From contig BCIN01000008.1 in NCBI GenBank assembly GCA_039545335.1, positions 879,528 through 943,527 on the forward strand: a stretch of 64,000 bases of DNA, read 5' to 3'. A program made the position numbers and the translations under genes. This stretch comes from Kondoa subrosea. Lineage: Eukaryota. The stretch's first letter is position 1. Every line of letters starts with the position of its first letter. The notes under the pieces were generated by a model. It saw only the letters and a program-made list of their open reading frames with translations. It did not search any database and had not been told where the DNA came from. Below, one piece after another: positions 26,511 to 39,577 of the stretch.

Positions 26511-26667
26511 CATTTTGTTCGACATGAGTGTATGAGAATATGAGAAACATTGTTACAAGACCCGTGCCAAACTAGCAGAAGACCACAGCAGACACATATT
26601 TTATTCGACATGAGTATATGAGAAACATTGTTACAAGATCCGTGCCAAATTAGCAGAAGACCACAGC
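26511..26667. repeat. ~70-80 nt direct duplication in the FMO-SLD3 intergenic region
   Basis: 26511-26589 and 26597-26667 share ttcgacatgagt.tatgagaaacattgttacaaga.ccgtgccaaa.tagcagaagaccacagc. Confidence 0.9.
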
Positions 26668-26766
26668 CTAGCCACACTGTTGAGATCAGAAGCGTACGTC
26701 CTTGTTTTCCTTCTCTCTATGGACGATTGAGGGTCAGACATGCTCTCGCACGCAAATGTGATGGAC

Positions 26767-29486
26767 CTACACAGGGTAAGGAGTATCTTTGGGTACCATT
26801 CCCAATTCGATCTGCTGGATTTGAAGAGCCAGTAGTCGAGAGAAGCATCTGGCCTGGAAGAAATTTCCACACTGGAGGTATAATCCTTCAACACCTCTGC
26901 GACACGGTTAATAATGTCATTAAAGGCAAAAGAACGGTAAAACGCACGAATTTCTCCAGCAAGTTTGAATTTCTCCTTGCTTATCAAGGCCCTGTACACC
27001 TTGTCAGACCGGTAGATCAGTACAAAACAGTACTGCTTACCCAGCAAGTGTGCATCTTGTTGGCGGCTTCTTCGCTGATCAAACGACGAGTAGCATCACG
27101 CATTGATCCATAACCAGTAGCAAGAACAACGATATCAGCAGGTAAGAAGGTGCCATCGGCGAATTCTATTCCATCAGGCTTGAAGCGAGTGATTTCTTGA
27201 CCTTGCTTGACTTTGATCTTGCCATCGGCAATGAGCTTAGAGCAACCGACATCCAGATAGTATCCTCCTCCATCTTTGAAGTACTTCATGAAGAGACCAG
27301 AGTTGTATCTGTTGAGCTTGAAGCCAACTTTCTCGAGACCGTCAAGAATGTCTTTGTCCTTTTCTTCGATCTTCTTGGTTGCTTCGATATGGAATTCTTC
27401 AACCATTGAAATTGGCAGGGACGTGAAGAGAATATCGGCATCATCGATGGCAGGGCCGCCTGTAAGAAGACATTCGGTCAGACAAAAATGAATGTAAAAC
27501 ACTACTTCCTGCGACATACCTTCTTGGTAGAAACCGTTCAACCAGCCTGGCAGACCATGTTCAGACGAGACTACGTAGGTAGAGCTGCGTTGAACAATTG
27601 TAGTATCAACTCCATTTTCGTAAAAGTCTGACACATGGCGCATCAGCTACTTGAGACAACTTCAAGCAGGAAAATGTCGCTCACCAGCAGCGATATCGTG
27701 ACCTGAATTGCAGCATCCAACAACGACAGCTTTCTTGCCTTTCCATTCTTTAGGACCAATGTGTTTGGAAGAATGGCAGATTGTTCCTTTGAAAGTATCC
27801 ATGCCTTCAAACTTGGGCATTCTTGGTTCTCCAGAGAATCCAGTAGCTTGGACGATGTACTTAGGGTGAAGTTCTCTGGGCTCGTAACCTTCGCGGTGAA
27901 CAGTGCAGGTCCATTTTCCGGATGACTGGTTGAATGCATCGTTATAAATTGCGGTGCGAACGATTAGAAAATGGACTCACTTTATCGTAGGTAGCTCCAC
28001 CTTTGATAGTTGCCTTTAGACGGAAGATTGTTAGCTTGGATGCATGAGGAAGGCTTCAAACTACTTACTTTTGTCCAAACATTCAGTTCCATGGCTTCGG
28101 CATAGTGTTTGAACCAGGCAGCCAACTTGTCTTTGGCTGTAGATAATCAGAAGATCAGTGATGTGCTCGAGCACGAAAACAAATGAAAGACTGACGTGTG
28201 AAAATTGGCCAAGAATTAGGATATGGGAGGTAAGGGAAGTGATCTGCGTAGACCGGGTCGTGCAAGACAAGGTTATAATATCTCTGCATGCAAAAAAGAT
28301 CAGCTCAGTCATCTTAAGTGAAAGAGAAAGCTTACGTTGGCCCAGTTGTCGCCTACGTTCTAAGCCATGTCAAGAACATGTCAGTAGGAAGGAATTGGAT
28401 CATGAAAGGCATGACTTACATCGTTCTTGTCAAGGCAAAGGGTTGGAATTCCAAGAGCACCGAGACGAGCAGAAATCATCAATCCGTTTTGACCAGCACC
28501 GACTCTGTAATAGAAATTGTACATTAGCAACGGTCTGTACTGGTTGTGAACCGATACGCACACAAGCACAACTGGATCACTCTTCTCGAACTTGACTGTT
28601 TCCGCTCGAAGATCTTTCCAGTTCTTGGCGTTTGCGCTATGCACTTCAGCGCCCAGAGGTCGTCTTTCATAAGCCTGTGGTCATTGCACATGAGTAGCTG
28701 CTCTCGTGGCAAAGACAGCAGAGACATACGTTTTCTTCATGACCTTTGACTTCCCAGATAGTGGTGAAGAAAGTGTAGGCCTTTTCAACTATTGGTCGAG
28801 GAGGTCAGCAGATGTGATAGTCAAGAATAAAATGAACGAACATTTGCCATTCTCTTCAATCAAGCGCAAGAGACCTTTGCCCCGGCATTTTTCCGTCTCG
28901 TATGTCAAATAAGCCCTGCGGAAGAGGATCAGAAAGGCCTCAAAAGATAGAGGTGAACCGTACTGAGCCCAAGTGATCTTCTCAAGTGGGACAATAGAAG
29001 CATCGGTAGGTCTGATAACTTTCAAGTTCTTGATATCAGGTACACCAAACTTCTTCATGTATTCCTTGATATCGCCCTCTGTCATTCATGCATGCGATGA
29101 GCCCGCTTTGCCACCGACATACTAAGGAACTTACTTCTCAAGGAGTTGAAATCCGAGCGATCGATAGTCAACATATCCCGCCAGAATCCAGTCTCGTGGA
29201 ACGAGTTGACAATCTTATCCACATCCTTGGAATTGATGGCGTCTTGGAAGGCGGAAACCCATTGATGCGCAGCTTTAGCAGCTTCGAGCGGTTTGATGTG
29301 TTCATCACCAAAGCCAGGTGCAGAAATGGGCTGCAAAAAATGTGTCAGCTAGAGCAGAACGTCAACGGAAGAGTAATGACCTCGTAAGTAGGGCCCTTGG
29401 CGTTGTTCTCGGGTGAAATATCAGCGATAGACACTGTTGCAGGATGATGAGCACCATCAAGACTGATACTGAAGGTCGCACTAACT
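26767..29486 (-). CDS. Flavin-containing monooxygenase, type II-like with N-terminal NTF2/SnoaL-like extension
   Basis: VGAGQNGLMISARLGALGIPTL (FAD GxGxxG), FKGTICHSS (FxGxxxH), GCCNSGHDIA (NADPH), GGGYYLDVGCS, DIVVLATGY, N-terminal FWRDMLT. The start codon is split by an intron. Confidence 0.9.
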
Positions 29487-29736
29487 GGTTGTAGATTGTT
29501 TGTGACTGAGTGAACGTCGAGGAAAGAGAAGGAGAAGGACCGCGGATCCCCAAGGTTGCAGTCCAAAGCGGAGAAAGATGGGGCAATGGATAAACTCAAT
29601 TTTTCTGGAACACTATTAGCGCGCTCCATCGCGTTTTATCCGAGAGTCCCTTCTGAATAATAGCAGAAAACGCGTTTAATGCCCCACAGAGATGCTCAGC
29701 AATTCAATGCAATGTTCTAGTCATTATCTTCTTTCT

Positions 29737-32122
29737 CTATTGCCCGTCAGGTTTCAACGAACTCCTCCCGGCTCGCATAATCTCCTGCTCGAACCTATCA
29801 GTACACGCAGCGGAAGAAATCGTACCGCAACTTACATCCACTGAAACTGCAGTATTATCAGAACTATTACTTACGGGACAATTCGCAAAAGACCGAGAAC
29901 GTACGAATGTTCATAGCAATCACAGCGCTGGAATAGCCGCTTCAGTTAAGTGAACAGCCTATTGCGCAAGACACCTACCACGAATGCAACAGCTGCCTTT
30001 TGACCCTAAAGTTATCCCAAATTCCTTCTACAGCGGGATCGCATGGTTCTCCTGTTTTAAGATCAATACCAACGATATGACCTTCAGCCTGTTCGTCTTG
30101 CAAAGCAACAATCACATCTTGCACATCATAACCACCATTCTGAGCTAGAGTTTTAGGAATGATGAGCATCGCATCAGCAAACGCTTGCACGCCCAATTTC
30201 GCTCTTCCTTTAGCTGATTTCTTCGTCTCGTCTTGCAAATGCGCACAGCAAGCGATCTCGAAAGCTCCTGCACCCGGAACGACTGATTCGTCTTCTATTG
30301 CGTTCTTGACAGAGCGAAGTCCATCTCGGATTGCATCGTTGATTTGAGCAATAGTGTACGCATTCGGGCCTGTGCACTGATGAGTATTTGAATGAGCACG
30401 ATGAGGTAAAGGCAGCGCACCTTTTATAAGTAGAGTCACACTCTTTGCATCCTTGACTTCTTCGACAAAGGTGAATTTCTCCTCGCCAAGAGTGTGTTCG
30501 TACACTAAACCGGCATATCCCAATACACTGGGCGAGAGATCTTCTACTGAATTCTGCGCTTGTCCGCCGCAGACTAGTTGAAGTCTGTGCAGTATATCTC
30601 GTCGTCAGCAAAATGTATTTGCAAACGAGGGAGACAATCGCACCTTTCCATATTCCTCCTCTTTGCTCTTCTCAAAGCCATGATACCGTTCTTGGCCAAC
30701 ACATCCAAAGATAACGGATCAATACCTTTTTGGTTGATGATAACAAACGATTTCGCTCCCTTTTCACTCGCATCCACATCTTGATCGCAAACGTGTTTCT
30801 TGAGTTCAACAATTTTCTTCAGTTTCGCATCAATGAACCTCCTTTCGGATTCAACCAGTTTTTCCCTTTGTTCTGCTGAAGAATAGAAGAACCCAGAATT
30901 GACCTCTCTGTACATTTGCGGAAACGGTCGCATCAGTACGAATCTGAACTCGAGTGCACCACAACGCACGTCTTCTCATATTCTAGCGAAACATTCAAAG
31001 TAAGGATATAGCAATTCTCTAGACGTTTAGGCATATCCGGATGCCGAGCACCGTGATCCAAAACTAGACCTCTAACCAATCTCGTATCCAGATCAGACTT
31101 GTGTTGCATCTTCATTATCTCGACCATATGTAAATCAATAGGTTCGAAACCTTCTTTGCCTGAAGTAGAAGGTTGGCGTATTGACAGAACGGCATCAACT
31201 ACTGAAGTAGCTAAAGAAGCAGCAAGTCGAGCATGAAGTTTGGTTGAGAGTGAAGTTCGAGCTACAGATGTAAGAGTTGCATGATCTGGTTTCTTTTGCT
31301 GTACTTTGTAAGTGTCGAGGAACTCCATTCCTCATCATTAGCATATACATAAAGGCAAGTAAAAAGAGAAGACTTACTTCCATGGCTGCTTTTTGAGCAA
31401 CTTCAAACCCTTCTGCGATAACTCTAGGATGTACACCTTCGCTAGTGTATCGTTCAGCTTGCTTCAGTAGTTCTCCGACGAGCAGCACAGTTGAAGTAGT
31501 TCCATCTCCAGTTTGTTCATCTTGCGCTACTGCCGTTCTTGCAATCATAGCTGCTGTAGGGTTCTGTCAAAAAACAGCATCCCTCCTCAGACATGAGTTG
31601 TCATGGAGGTAAATCTGCTCTGACCTGTATCTGCATCTCGGTGAGAAGTACTTTGCCGTCCTGTCATACCAAACCTATCACCACAGGTATCAACCTCAGG
31701 TGAGAGCGCTGCTGACCTTTGTCAATTTCAATTGCCCAGATCCATCTACAAGCATTTTGATAGTTCCTCTAGGACCCAAATTACTCTTGACGACATTAGC
31801 CAACCCAATAGCCTGTTCCATATGACAATCTCTGAGCTCATTTTCCAAGCGAAAGATTGAAAACGAACACCAGAGGTATTGACCATCAAGGCCTGTGACC
31901 GCCTGACGCTCTCTGCTTTGGCTGTAGTAGCATGCAAGTGAGCAAGATCCCTTGCCAATACAGAGATTGGGAGCATACGGTTTATCAGCTTTGAAGGAAG
32001 TCCAAAGTCAGCTTTGCATTTCCATTACGAAGGAAAGTGGTCTAGCTCACTTGTACAGCACTCCTGTTCAAAACCTCTATCGTTAGCATATAACATGCAG
32101 TGACAGAGCTCCATACGAACAT
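29737..32122 (-). CDS. CCT6: T-complex protein 1 subunit zeta
   Basis: [89 protein letters not shown]. Confidence 0.96.
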
Positions 32123-32290
32123 ATTTGCCAACCAGAGAACTGGACGTGCAAGATCAAAGCACAACGCGAAATTTATTGGAAGTGTCATTCAAGTCTTCTC
32201 GCGGCTACAACGCGTTCCACACTCGCTCTATAGTATCTGCAGTATATACACATGTTTTCTTCTGCTCCTTTCATTAATGACAACATTTTC

Positions 32291-33410
32291 TTACACCCAA
32301 CTTGAATGTCTTTCTCTTTCTATTAATCTTTTTGATCGCTCTTGTCTTGTTGAGTGATCTTCTGGGAAAGAGGGGATGAAAGGTTTATTGATCGTTGCAT
32401 CAGAACCATTTCTTTTGTGATACCTTGAATCACTCGAGTGACTATCTTTGTGATGATGATGGCTTGCATGATGATGCTTTCTAGCTGGAGAAGGTGGTTG
32501 TCGATGAGGTGAATGAGGAGAACGAGGAGAACGAGGAGAAGAAGGTATATAACCCATCGTTATAGGCGAATGCTGATCTTGCATGAGAAACTTGTAAGAC
32601 GACAGATATAACGGCGGTGGATATTGAACAGAATGATCTTTCGCAGGGGTAGAAGGAGACTTGTCTGATGTGGCAGGTGATTTAGAGGCAGAAGAAGGTG
32701 AATCAGGTAACTTCTTTTCCGAATGATGAAGCTTGAGATGCTTCACTGGTCTGTAATACAAGATCAGCGATAGTACCTGCATTAGATGAGCAAAGCTCAC
32801 CCGTGATGTGGTTTCTTGGTGCTGTCTACCGCTTTACCCTTCTTCGGACCGCTTTTCTTTTTCTTCCAGGAAGTGTAAAAGATGTTGACCCAGTAGACAA
32901 CCGAAAATCCGGCTAAGACTGGTACCAATTGCATCAGATTTTGAGCAGACCCAGTATGACTATAGCTTACTACCTAGCGATAAGATAGCGCCAAGTAAAG
33001 AAGGCGAAAACCCGCCGAAAAGTACAGGCTTGACTAGTAAAGCTGTTCCAGCATTGCCTGCGCAGATATCCAGTAAGCGAGAGTCACTAGGCCCTTGATG
33101 CATGGATGCTTACCACCAGAGGTTACAGTGGGAGTAGCTTTTTGCAATCTTTCAGCTTCGAAACTGACTTCTAGAAGATCAGAGACTTACCTCTACGATA
33201 TACAGCAGTGCCCTCAATGACCTGCTTCGAAGTCGCAGATGGCAGAGATCTCATTGACCTTGGTTGGTATACTTCACTCAAGGAGTACAAAAAGGCAGAT
33301 AACCAATCATTGCGGTAGGATTGATGAGGACGAGTAGCACGCCTTGATTGAGCAGCAGCTGCGTAGCAATGTACAGAAACGGTACTAAGAACAAAGGGGG
33401 AAAAGAACAT
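32291..33410 (-). CDS. Hypothetical single-pass membrane protein with a His/Ser/Pro-rich tail
   Basis: Spliced hydrophobic stretch LLGAILSL|VLAGFSVVYWVNIF followed by WKKKK, then a SPR/His-rich last exon. The start is uncertain. Confidence 0.45.
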
Positions 33411-34119
33411 CAGATCTGAACAAGCAACGGAAGACGAATGAAAGCTGGATCTGGAAAGACACTACCAGATGACGCCGGACAGAAAGAGCTTGAGTGATAG
33501 AGCAGAGCAATAGCTAGCCAATAGCTGAACTTTCAAACCATTCAAGAAGCAAAAAATCAGAGAGATTGCATTTGCCCCATCTCCTTTCCCTGAAGTCTTG
33601 CTGTATCCTACATAAAGAGATAATATGTTCCCTAGGCGCGAAGCCTTACTCGCATAGAGATTTGCAGAGCGTGCATTATTAACCTGGCCAAAAAATTGTT
33701 CTAAAGGCAATTCCATGATGAAAACCGTTGATGTAAACGAGACGGCCGCCTTGGTATAATCGCCTTATAAACATACTCTTTCGAAAAAGTAGTATGCCAA
33801 GTTTCTGAAAAGAAGAGTCTCTTCTCGAGCTCAAAGTCATCGAGAGGTCGGCTAAAGTACCGAGCTGAACCGCTGTGAACAGAAGAAGAGACTGAAGAGT
33901 CCATTTGCGAATGACTTGTTGTACCCTGTTACATGTATGCCTCTGTCGAGAACGCCCCGAAAAACCCAATAAAATATACCAATACACGCTTGAATAATGA
34001 GGGTAAGATACTGAAAGTGATGAAATATTGACACGTGAAAGGTACAGTCTGCCAGCAAGAAAAGGATGAAAGCTGATTAGCGATAGGACTTGGAGAAATA
34101 AAGAGTCGTGAGATATAAA

Positions 34120-37100
34120 TTAGATCGGTGCTGAAGTTGGTTCTTCATGCGGAGGAGTCGGCGAAGGAGCTGCTGAACGATGACTGATGTATCCATCTTG
34201 ATTGGCTGCATCGTCTGCTCGAATTTCCGCTATTCGTGCTCGAGCGTTCTCTATCGCATCCCTGGACATGGAGATTAAGCTATGGCAAGAAGCATCGTGA
34301 CTTAGGACACTCACCTGACGTTGCGCTCAAGTACGGGTTTTGTGAGTATACGATCGACACCCGCTTCCAGGTATTCATCTTGATCTTCTTTCAAGGCATT
34401 CCCAGTAACACTATGCATCAAATAAGTGGTGCTCGCTCTTATGTGGAGTGAACGTACCCGCAGAAGAAGTTGCGTAGGCCAATTCTTCTAGCTTCTCGTA
34501 CTGTATCGACACCAGTCATGCGAGGCATTTGGTTGTCCAGAACTGTAGATTGAGGCATCAGTGCGGTTTGAGCCCCGGGATTCAAGACGTACAGATGATG
34601 TCAAAGCGATTTGGATCACCAGTCGACCAACAGTCTCGAAGTAGATTGAGCGCAACTAATCCATCTTCTGCTGTTGTAACTTCATGTCCCATTCGCGTGA
34701 TCATCCTTGTCATCAGTTTGCGAGTGAGAGCATCATCGTCGACAACAAGAACATTGAGCTAAATCATGATTCAGCTAGGTTAAGTACAACAAGCTTTGCA
34801 GGACTTACGTTTGTCCTCTGGCTATCATCAATTGGCGTTAAAGCTGGAATTCCGCTAACAGGTATGTCTTGAGGATTCATCGCAATTGGAATCTGAAAAG
34901 CATGGTCAGAAGCCTTGCTCGACCCAGAAAGACTCTCTGGACCTACTTGTGATGCGACCAATTCTGCTCTTTGTAAAGGATTCTTCAAGCGATCTTTCAG
35001 ACTACCGGTACCATCAGGTATAGTGAGAGAGGAGCGACCAGGAGAGGGAGGAAGATCAGAAGCCGGTTCATCTAGCTTTTGCAAGATCGAAACATCGCGA
35101 GGCATAGCTGGCCATTTTTTGTCAGGTAGGCGTTGTGTTGACTTTTCAAAAGCCAGTTCGAACCAGAAAGTAGAACCTAATACACTTATCAGCGCTGCAA
35201 TCGATGATCATTCAGCTGACACACCTGCGTTGAGCGCCGAATGCACGCCTAGACGACCGCCGCTGAGCTTTATAATTTTTCGTACTCTGTCATCTTTATT
35301 AGCCTTTGCATGTCATACAATCACTAAAGGATCACTTACAAAGCTAGACCAAGTCCACTGCCTTTTCCGCCTTGTCGCCGACCGATATCCGTTTGCACAT
35401 AAGGCGAAAACAACCTGTTATCCACAAGGTCTCTTGGTCTAATCCCGACACCCGAATCACTTATCTCCATTCGAACAATGCAAACATCTTGCCTTGGTTG
35501 ACGTTCTTGAACAGGACTATCTTGATTGTGCGATCGAGCTGAATCTGTAGAAGGTCGAGTGATAGGTTGTGACTCATCATGTACGGGAATAGTGATTGTT
35601 TCGGGTTGATCGAGTGCAGTTGGGTAGAGCAAACGAGTTTTGAATTTTACTGAACCACCGCTTGGTGTGAACTTGCATGCATTGCTGGTCAAGTTGGATA
35701 CTACTTGACTGATACGCATTTCATCACCGAGCAAGAAAGGTGAGAAGGCGTCGACAGCTGGATCTAGATCCAGAACGAGATCGATCGATTTGGCGGCTGC
35801 AACACCTCTGAAGGCCATAAGAATTTGTCGAACAGTAGGATGCAGTTCAAAGGGCTGCGATAAATGGTTAGACTGATATCCAGAAGATCAAGCAACTGAT
35901 CAAGCAGTAACGTGCCTTGTTGGTAACGATGAGCTTTCCAGCTTCCATACGCTGTTGTCGCGGTCAGCTCGGCGCAAACCACAAGCTTGAGAAGAATCTT
36001 ACATTGAAGTCCAGTACGTCCTTTTGCGGCGAGAAGATGATGAGCGAGAAAGTAGTTGATAGCAAATTCAAGCTTACATTTAATACTTTCTCCATAGTGA
36101 TAAGCGAGGAAGAAAGACCGGTGACCACTATGATCAAATATCAGTCTGCGTACATACTTATCGCACATCCTTGCTGCTCACTCTCTCGACTATCTTCAGG
36201 AACTTGCTTGAACATGTCCTCGCCTTCAAGGTTTTGGAAAGCGAGCAAAGCAGTATTGAGCGGTACTCGAACTTCATGGAAGCTGTGAATAATCATCCGC
36301 ATGAGAGGATAACCTCAGCACGTGAAAGAATTGCTCACATATAGGACACGAAACGCTTCTTGCTTTCCGCAGACTGCCTTTCTGCAATTTGAGCTTTCTG
36401 AGTGGCTTTGTACTATTCGTATTCAATGTATTCAAATCAACCTGACGGCACTAGCAGAAAACGTGAACGAACTTGTGCTTTCAGTTGTTCTCGCATGCTA
36501 AACATTCTACGATTGCTCTTCTCCTGCAAGAAAGAGGACCATTGAATAGCTGTGGTTTCGTCGAACATTGCTTAGCTTCACAAAAAAGTAAAAGATGTTC
36601 AAAGAAACGCACCGACGTGAAACAAGATAAAGTTGATCAAATTTCTAGAAAACTTAGGTCGATCCATCACTACCAATCCACCAACCAATCCGATATATCC
36701 TATCGCACCAAAAGCTGCAAAACTTCTCTTCTGTCCCATCATAAACAAAGCGAAAGTAGCAGGTGCTAAAGCCCAAAAGAAGAGAGAAAGAAAATCTTTG
36801 CCATCGCATCTGTTGTTGACTGAGTAGAAACCGCAATACCAAAGATCAAAAAGTTGACCTGAAATTCCAATAATGTCAGTCTGGGATGTACATGAAAACT
36901 GCGGAATGGCCCATACAATAAGGAAATGCCCAAGTACCAATAAATAGTAACAGGTTGTAAGTCCAAGGTCTCTTCCTCGGCCAATCTCTTGCGATGATGA
37001 CAATCAAAGGAGCAATCGCAGCGCCACAAACCGGTAAATAAGTTATCTTGTTGAAGAACGGTATCGGCTGCACTTGAGTAGCCATGGTGATGACCCAAAT

Positions 37101-38069
37101 CAAGATGAAGAATACAGCACCAGCTAAAGCTGCTGGTTTTTGAATGAACCATCTTTCCTTATTGAAACTCGCTTCTTTTGCTGGATCTGGAAATCGCATC
37201 TCAAAGAAGTATAGGATAGCTGGACAGACTCGATAGCGAATGAAGGTATAAGGTGGAAGTGATGCGAGAGAAGCAATGGTATGCTGTCTTGATACGCCTG
37301 AGCGAGAAGCGCCAGATTGACTTGCTGTTGCTCTACCATTGTACTCCGTACCACTTCGTTCTGATCGTACACCTTCTCTTGATCCAATTCCACTAACAGA
37401 TGAAGGTTTGCCAGTAATGCCTAGTCCATTGATACCACCGCTATCTAAATTAGGTGCAGATCCAGCGTTGTCACTTCCAGCTACACCGAAGCCAGCGCTT
37501 CCATCAGCACTTGATTCAAGCACTTCTGAGAAATCTCTTTCCACCACAATCACGTCGACAGCATCTTGTTCGAAAGTTGTACTACCTTGAGCATCTTCAA
37601 GTAAAGAGTTTCTTCTTGATCTAGCAGATTGTAGGCGAAACTCTGTTCCAACAGCTGCACCTCCCCAATCTGATCCACCTCTGGTAGTATCTAGATCCGT
37701 TGCATTGGTCATTGATTCAGAAGGTGCAGAAGGTGGAATGAGGGCGTTTTGAATACCGCTGAGAACTTTCCTGATCCTCTCGCCAAACGATTGAGAAGGA
37801 AAGCGAGCCGCATTTTGGCGAGGTGAGTTCTGTGTTGAAGCGGGATAAGTAGCATTTGAGTTGCTGAGAACGTATTGCTTGGTTCGAATGCGACTATCGT
37901 CTGATCCATGTGCCGAAAGAGGTTTCTTTGTTGAAGAGTATGAAGATTCAGGCGTTTCCCTCTCTTGCTTCAAAACGACAACCTCTCGCTTGTCCTCTGG
38001 CTTCAAGCATGGCCGAACGTTAATCATGTCCTTCTCAATCACCGCTTTTTCTGGGTCATTGTCTTTCAT
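34120..38069 (-). CDS. Membrane-bound hybrid histidine kinase (TM region + HisKA + HATPase + receiver)
   Basis: H-box HEVRVPLN, N-box LGDEMRISQVVSNLTSNACKFT, DSGVGI, LFSPYVQT, GSGLGLAL. Receiver VDDDALTRKLM...DNQMPRMTG. Several hydrophobic helices precede HisKA. Confidence 0.93.
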
Positions 38070-38547
38070 GGATCGTCTTTGGGATATAGAAGAGCGCGTG
38101 GTATCACTGAATGCAGCTGTCTAACCACCGAAGCCACCAATTTGGTTCCTTGGCTCTGATTTCGATTGGGGGCCACAAGGAGACAATTTCTTGATACGTC
38201 AAGGGAAAACGCCCTTGATAGGCACAAAGAGTGCTCTGGGGAAGCAGAATGGGTATCTTGGCTCAGTGCTGGTATTTCTCTTGAATCGTTGCGTGACAAC
38301 TCACATACATAGAATCACTTTTTTGGAATCTCGACTAATTCGGCGACGGTGTTACGCCCGACACGCGGATTTCTCAAGGAGGTGAACCAGTTCGTGGACG
38401 CACGCGTCAATCTACTTCAGCTCATGCAGCAGTACTGCTCTTAATCAGTGTAGTCTTCTAGTCAGTAACCAAAAGCGGAGGTCCAGCGATAAACAAAAGA
38501 CGGCTGATCAACGGTCTCAGCTATAAGGCGAAGTGAAGCCATACTCT

Positions 38548-39275
38548 ATGGCGGACTTCTCATCACAGCGATGTGCTCTGCTTCCGTATGCACTAACTCC
38601 AGAAGGTTCAGTCAAGGTGTATTTGCTATTCGATGGCTCGGTGTTTGGGACGTTCCTATTCAAGCTAGACGAGTCAGCACTTGGCGAAGATGTTACAGTT
38701 GAGGAGTTCGATATTCGAGTAGATCTTTGCTTCCCATTGGCGATCCAGGTGAGTTCAATTCAATGAGCATACAAGAAACTTGCTGATCTTTGAAGCGCGA
38801 ACCAAAACAAGACTATCAACGAAATTCTATACCTTGTCGAAAACTCTAAAGGCAAATGCGATCCAGAAACTATCCAGAAATGGAAATCAAGTTTGCTCAA
38901 ACGCGGCGGAAATGTTATATTTGACATTGTCGAATCTGATAACTTGAAGTACATGGAATACCTTCCGAAGCTGTAAGAATCATGTGTGTGTCTCGTCGAA
39001 CATGGTCCTGACTGGCTGCATTCATTTAGAGGAGCTGAGCAGGATGCAAAGGAAAAGTTTGCTCTAGCTCAAATCAACTACCTCTGGTGCCGAGCTACTG
39101 AAAGTGTCCGCAGTAAGTGATTGCTGCCCTTACTATTGCACTTTTGCTATCTATCTCATTGACTTGTCAGATAAATTATGTGAAGCTGGTACTGGCAGCC
39201 ATTGAGCAAAATTCAGAGCAGTTGCAAGACGGCTTACGTCCGGAACCCCACGAAGAAGACAAATGCTATTTCTGA
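38548..39275 (+). CDS. Hypothetical protein (4 exons)
   Basis: ATG 38548 (MADFSSQRCALLPYA...). Three canonical introns lead to a last exon INYVKLVLAAIEQN...CYF*. Confidence 0.5.
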
Positions 39276-39577
39276 TGTACGTTGTAGCTTGAGGTAATTC
39301 AGACATTATGAAAGCCGTTCCAGATCTGATTATGTGCTTACAGCCGAAAAGACATCATCTAAGACATCCATAGTCATCAAGACATATACACCAATGCTTG
39401 TCCAGCTCATGTTATAGCTTCAACCAATGGTCAAAGGGCACGATATACTGCATGGGAATCAGCGCGCTTTCAAGCGGGATAAATAAGTAACGGGAGATAT
39501 ATGATACAATTGTCTCAGCTGTACAAGGTCAACTGAACTCGAAAACTAATACCAAAACCTTCTCTACCCCTTCTCTA

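Noticed and set aside
26511..26667. CRISPR-like or LTR interpretation of the direct repeat
   Set aside because: Only two adjacent copies, no spacers, no TG...CA ends or internal retroelement ORF, and a eukaryotic context.
29345..29629. ORF-track start MERANSVPEK for the monooxygenase
   Set aside because: It reads through a pyrimidine-rich 5' region and a well-formed intron. The split ATG at 29486 fits better.
34915..36288. Plus-strand ORFs of 123-175 aa
   Set aside because: They are antisense shadows of the histidine kinase exons. The same applies to most short ORFs overlapping the called genes.
38548..39275. Nudix hydrolase assignment from the ALLPYA...VYLL start
   Set aside because: No GX5EX7REUXEE Nudix box is present.
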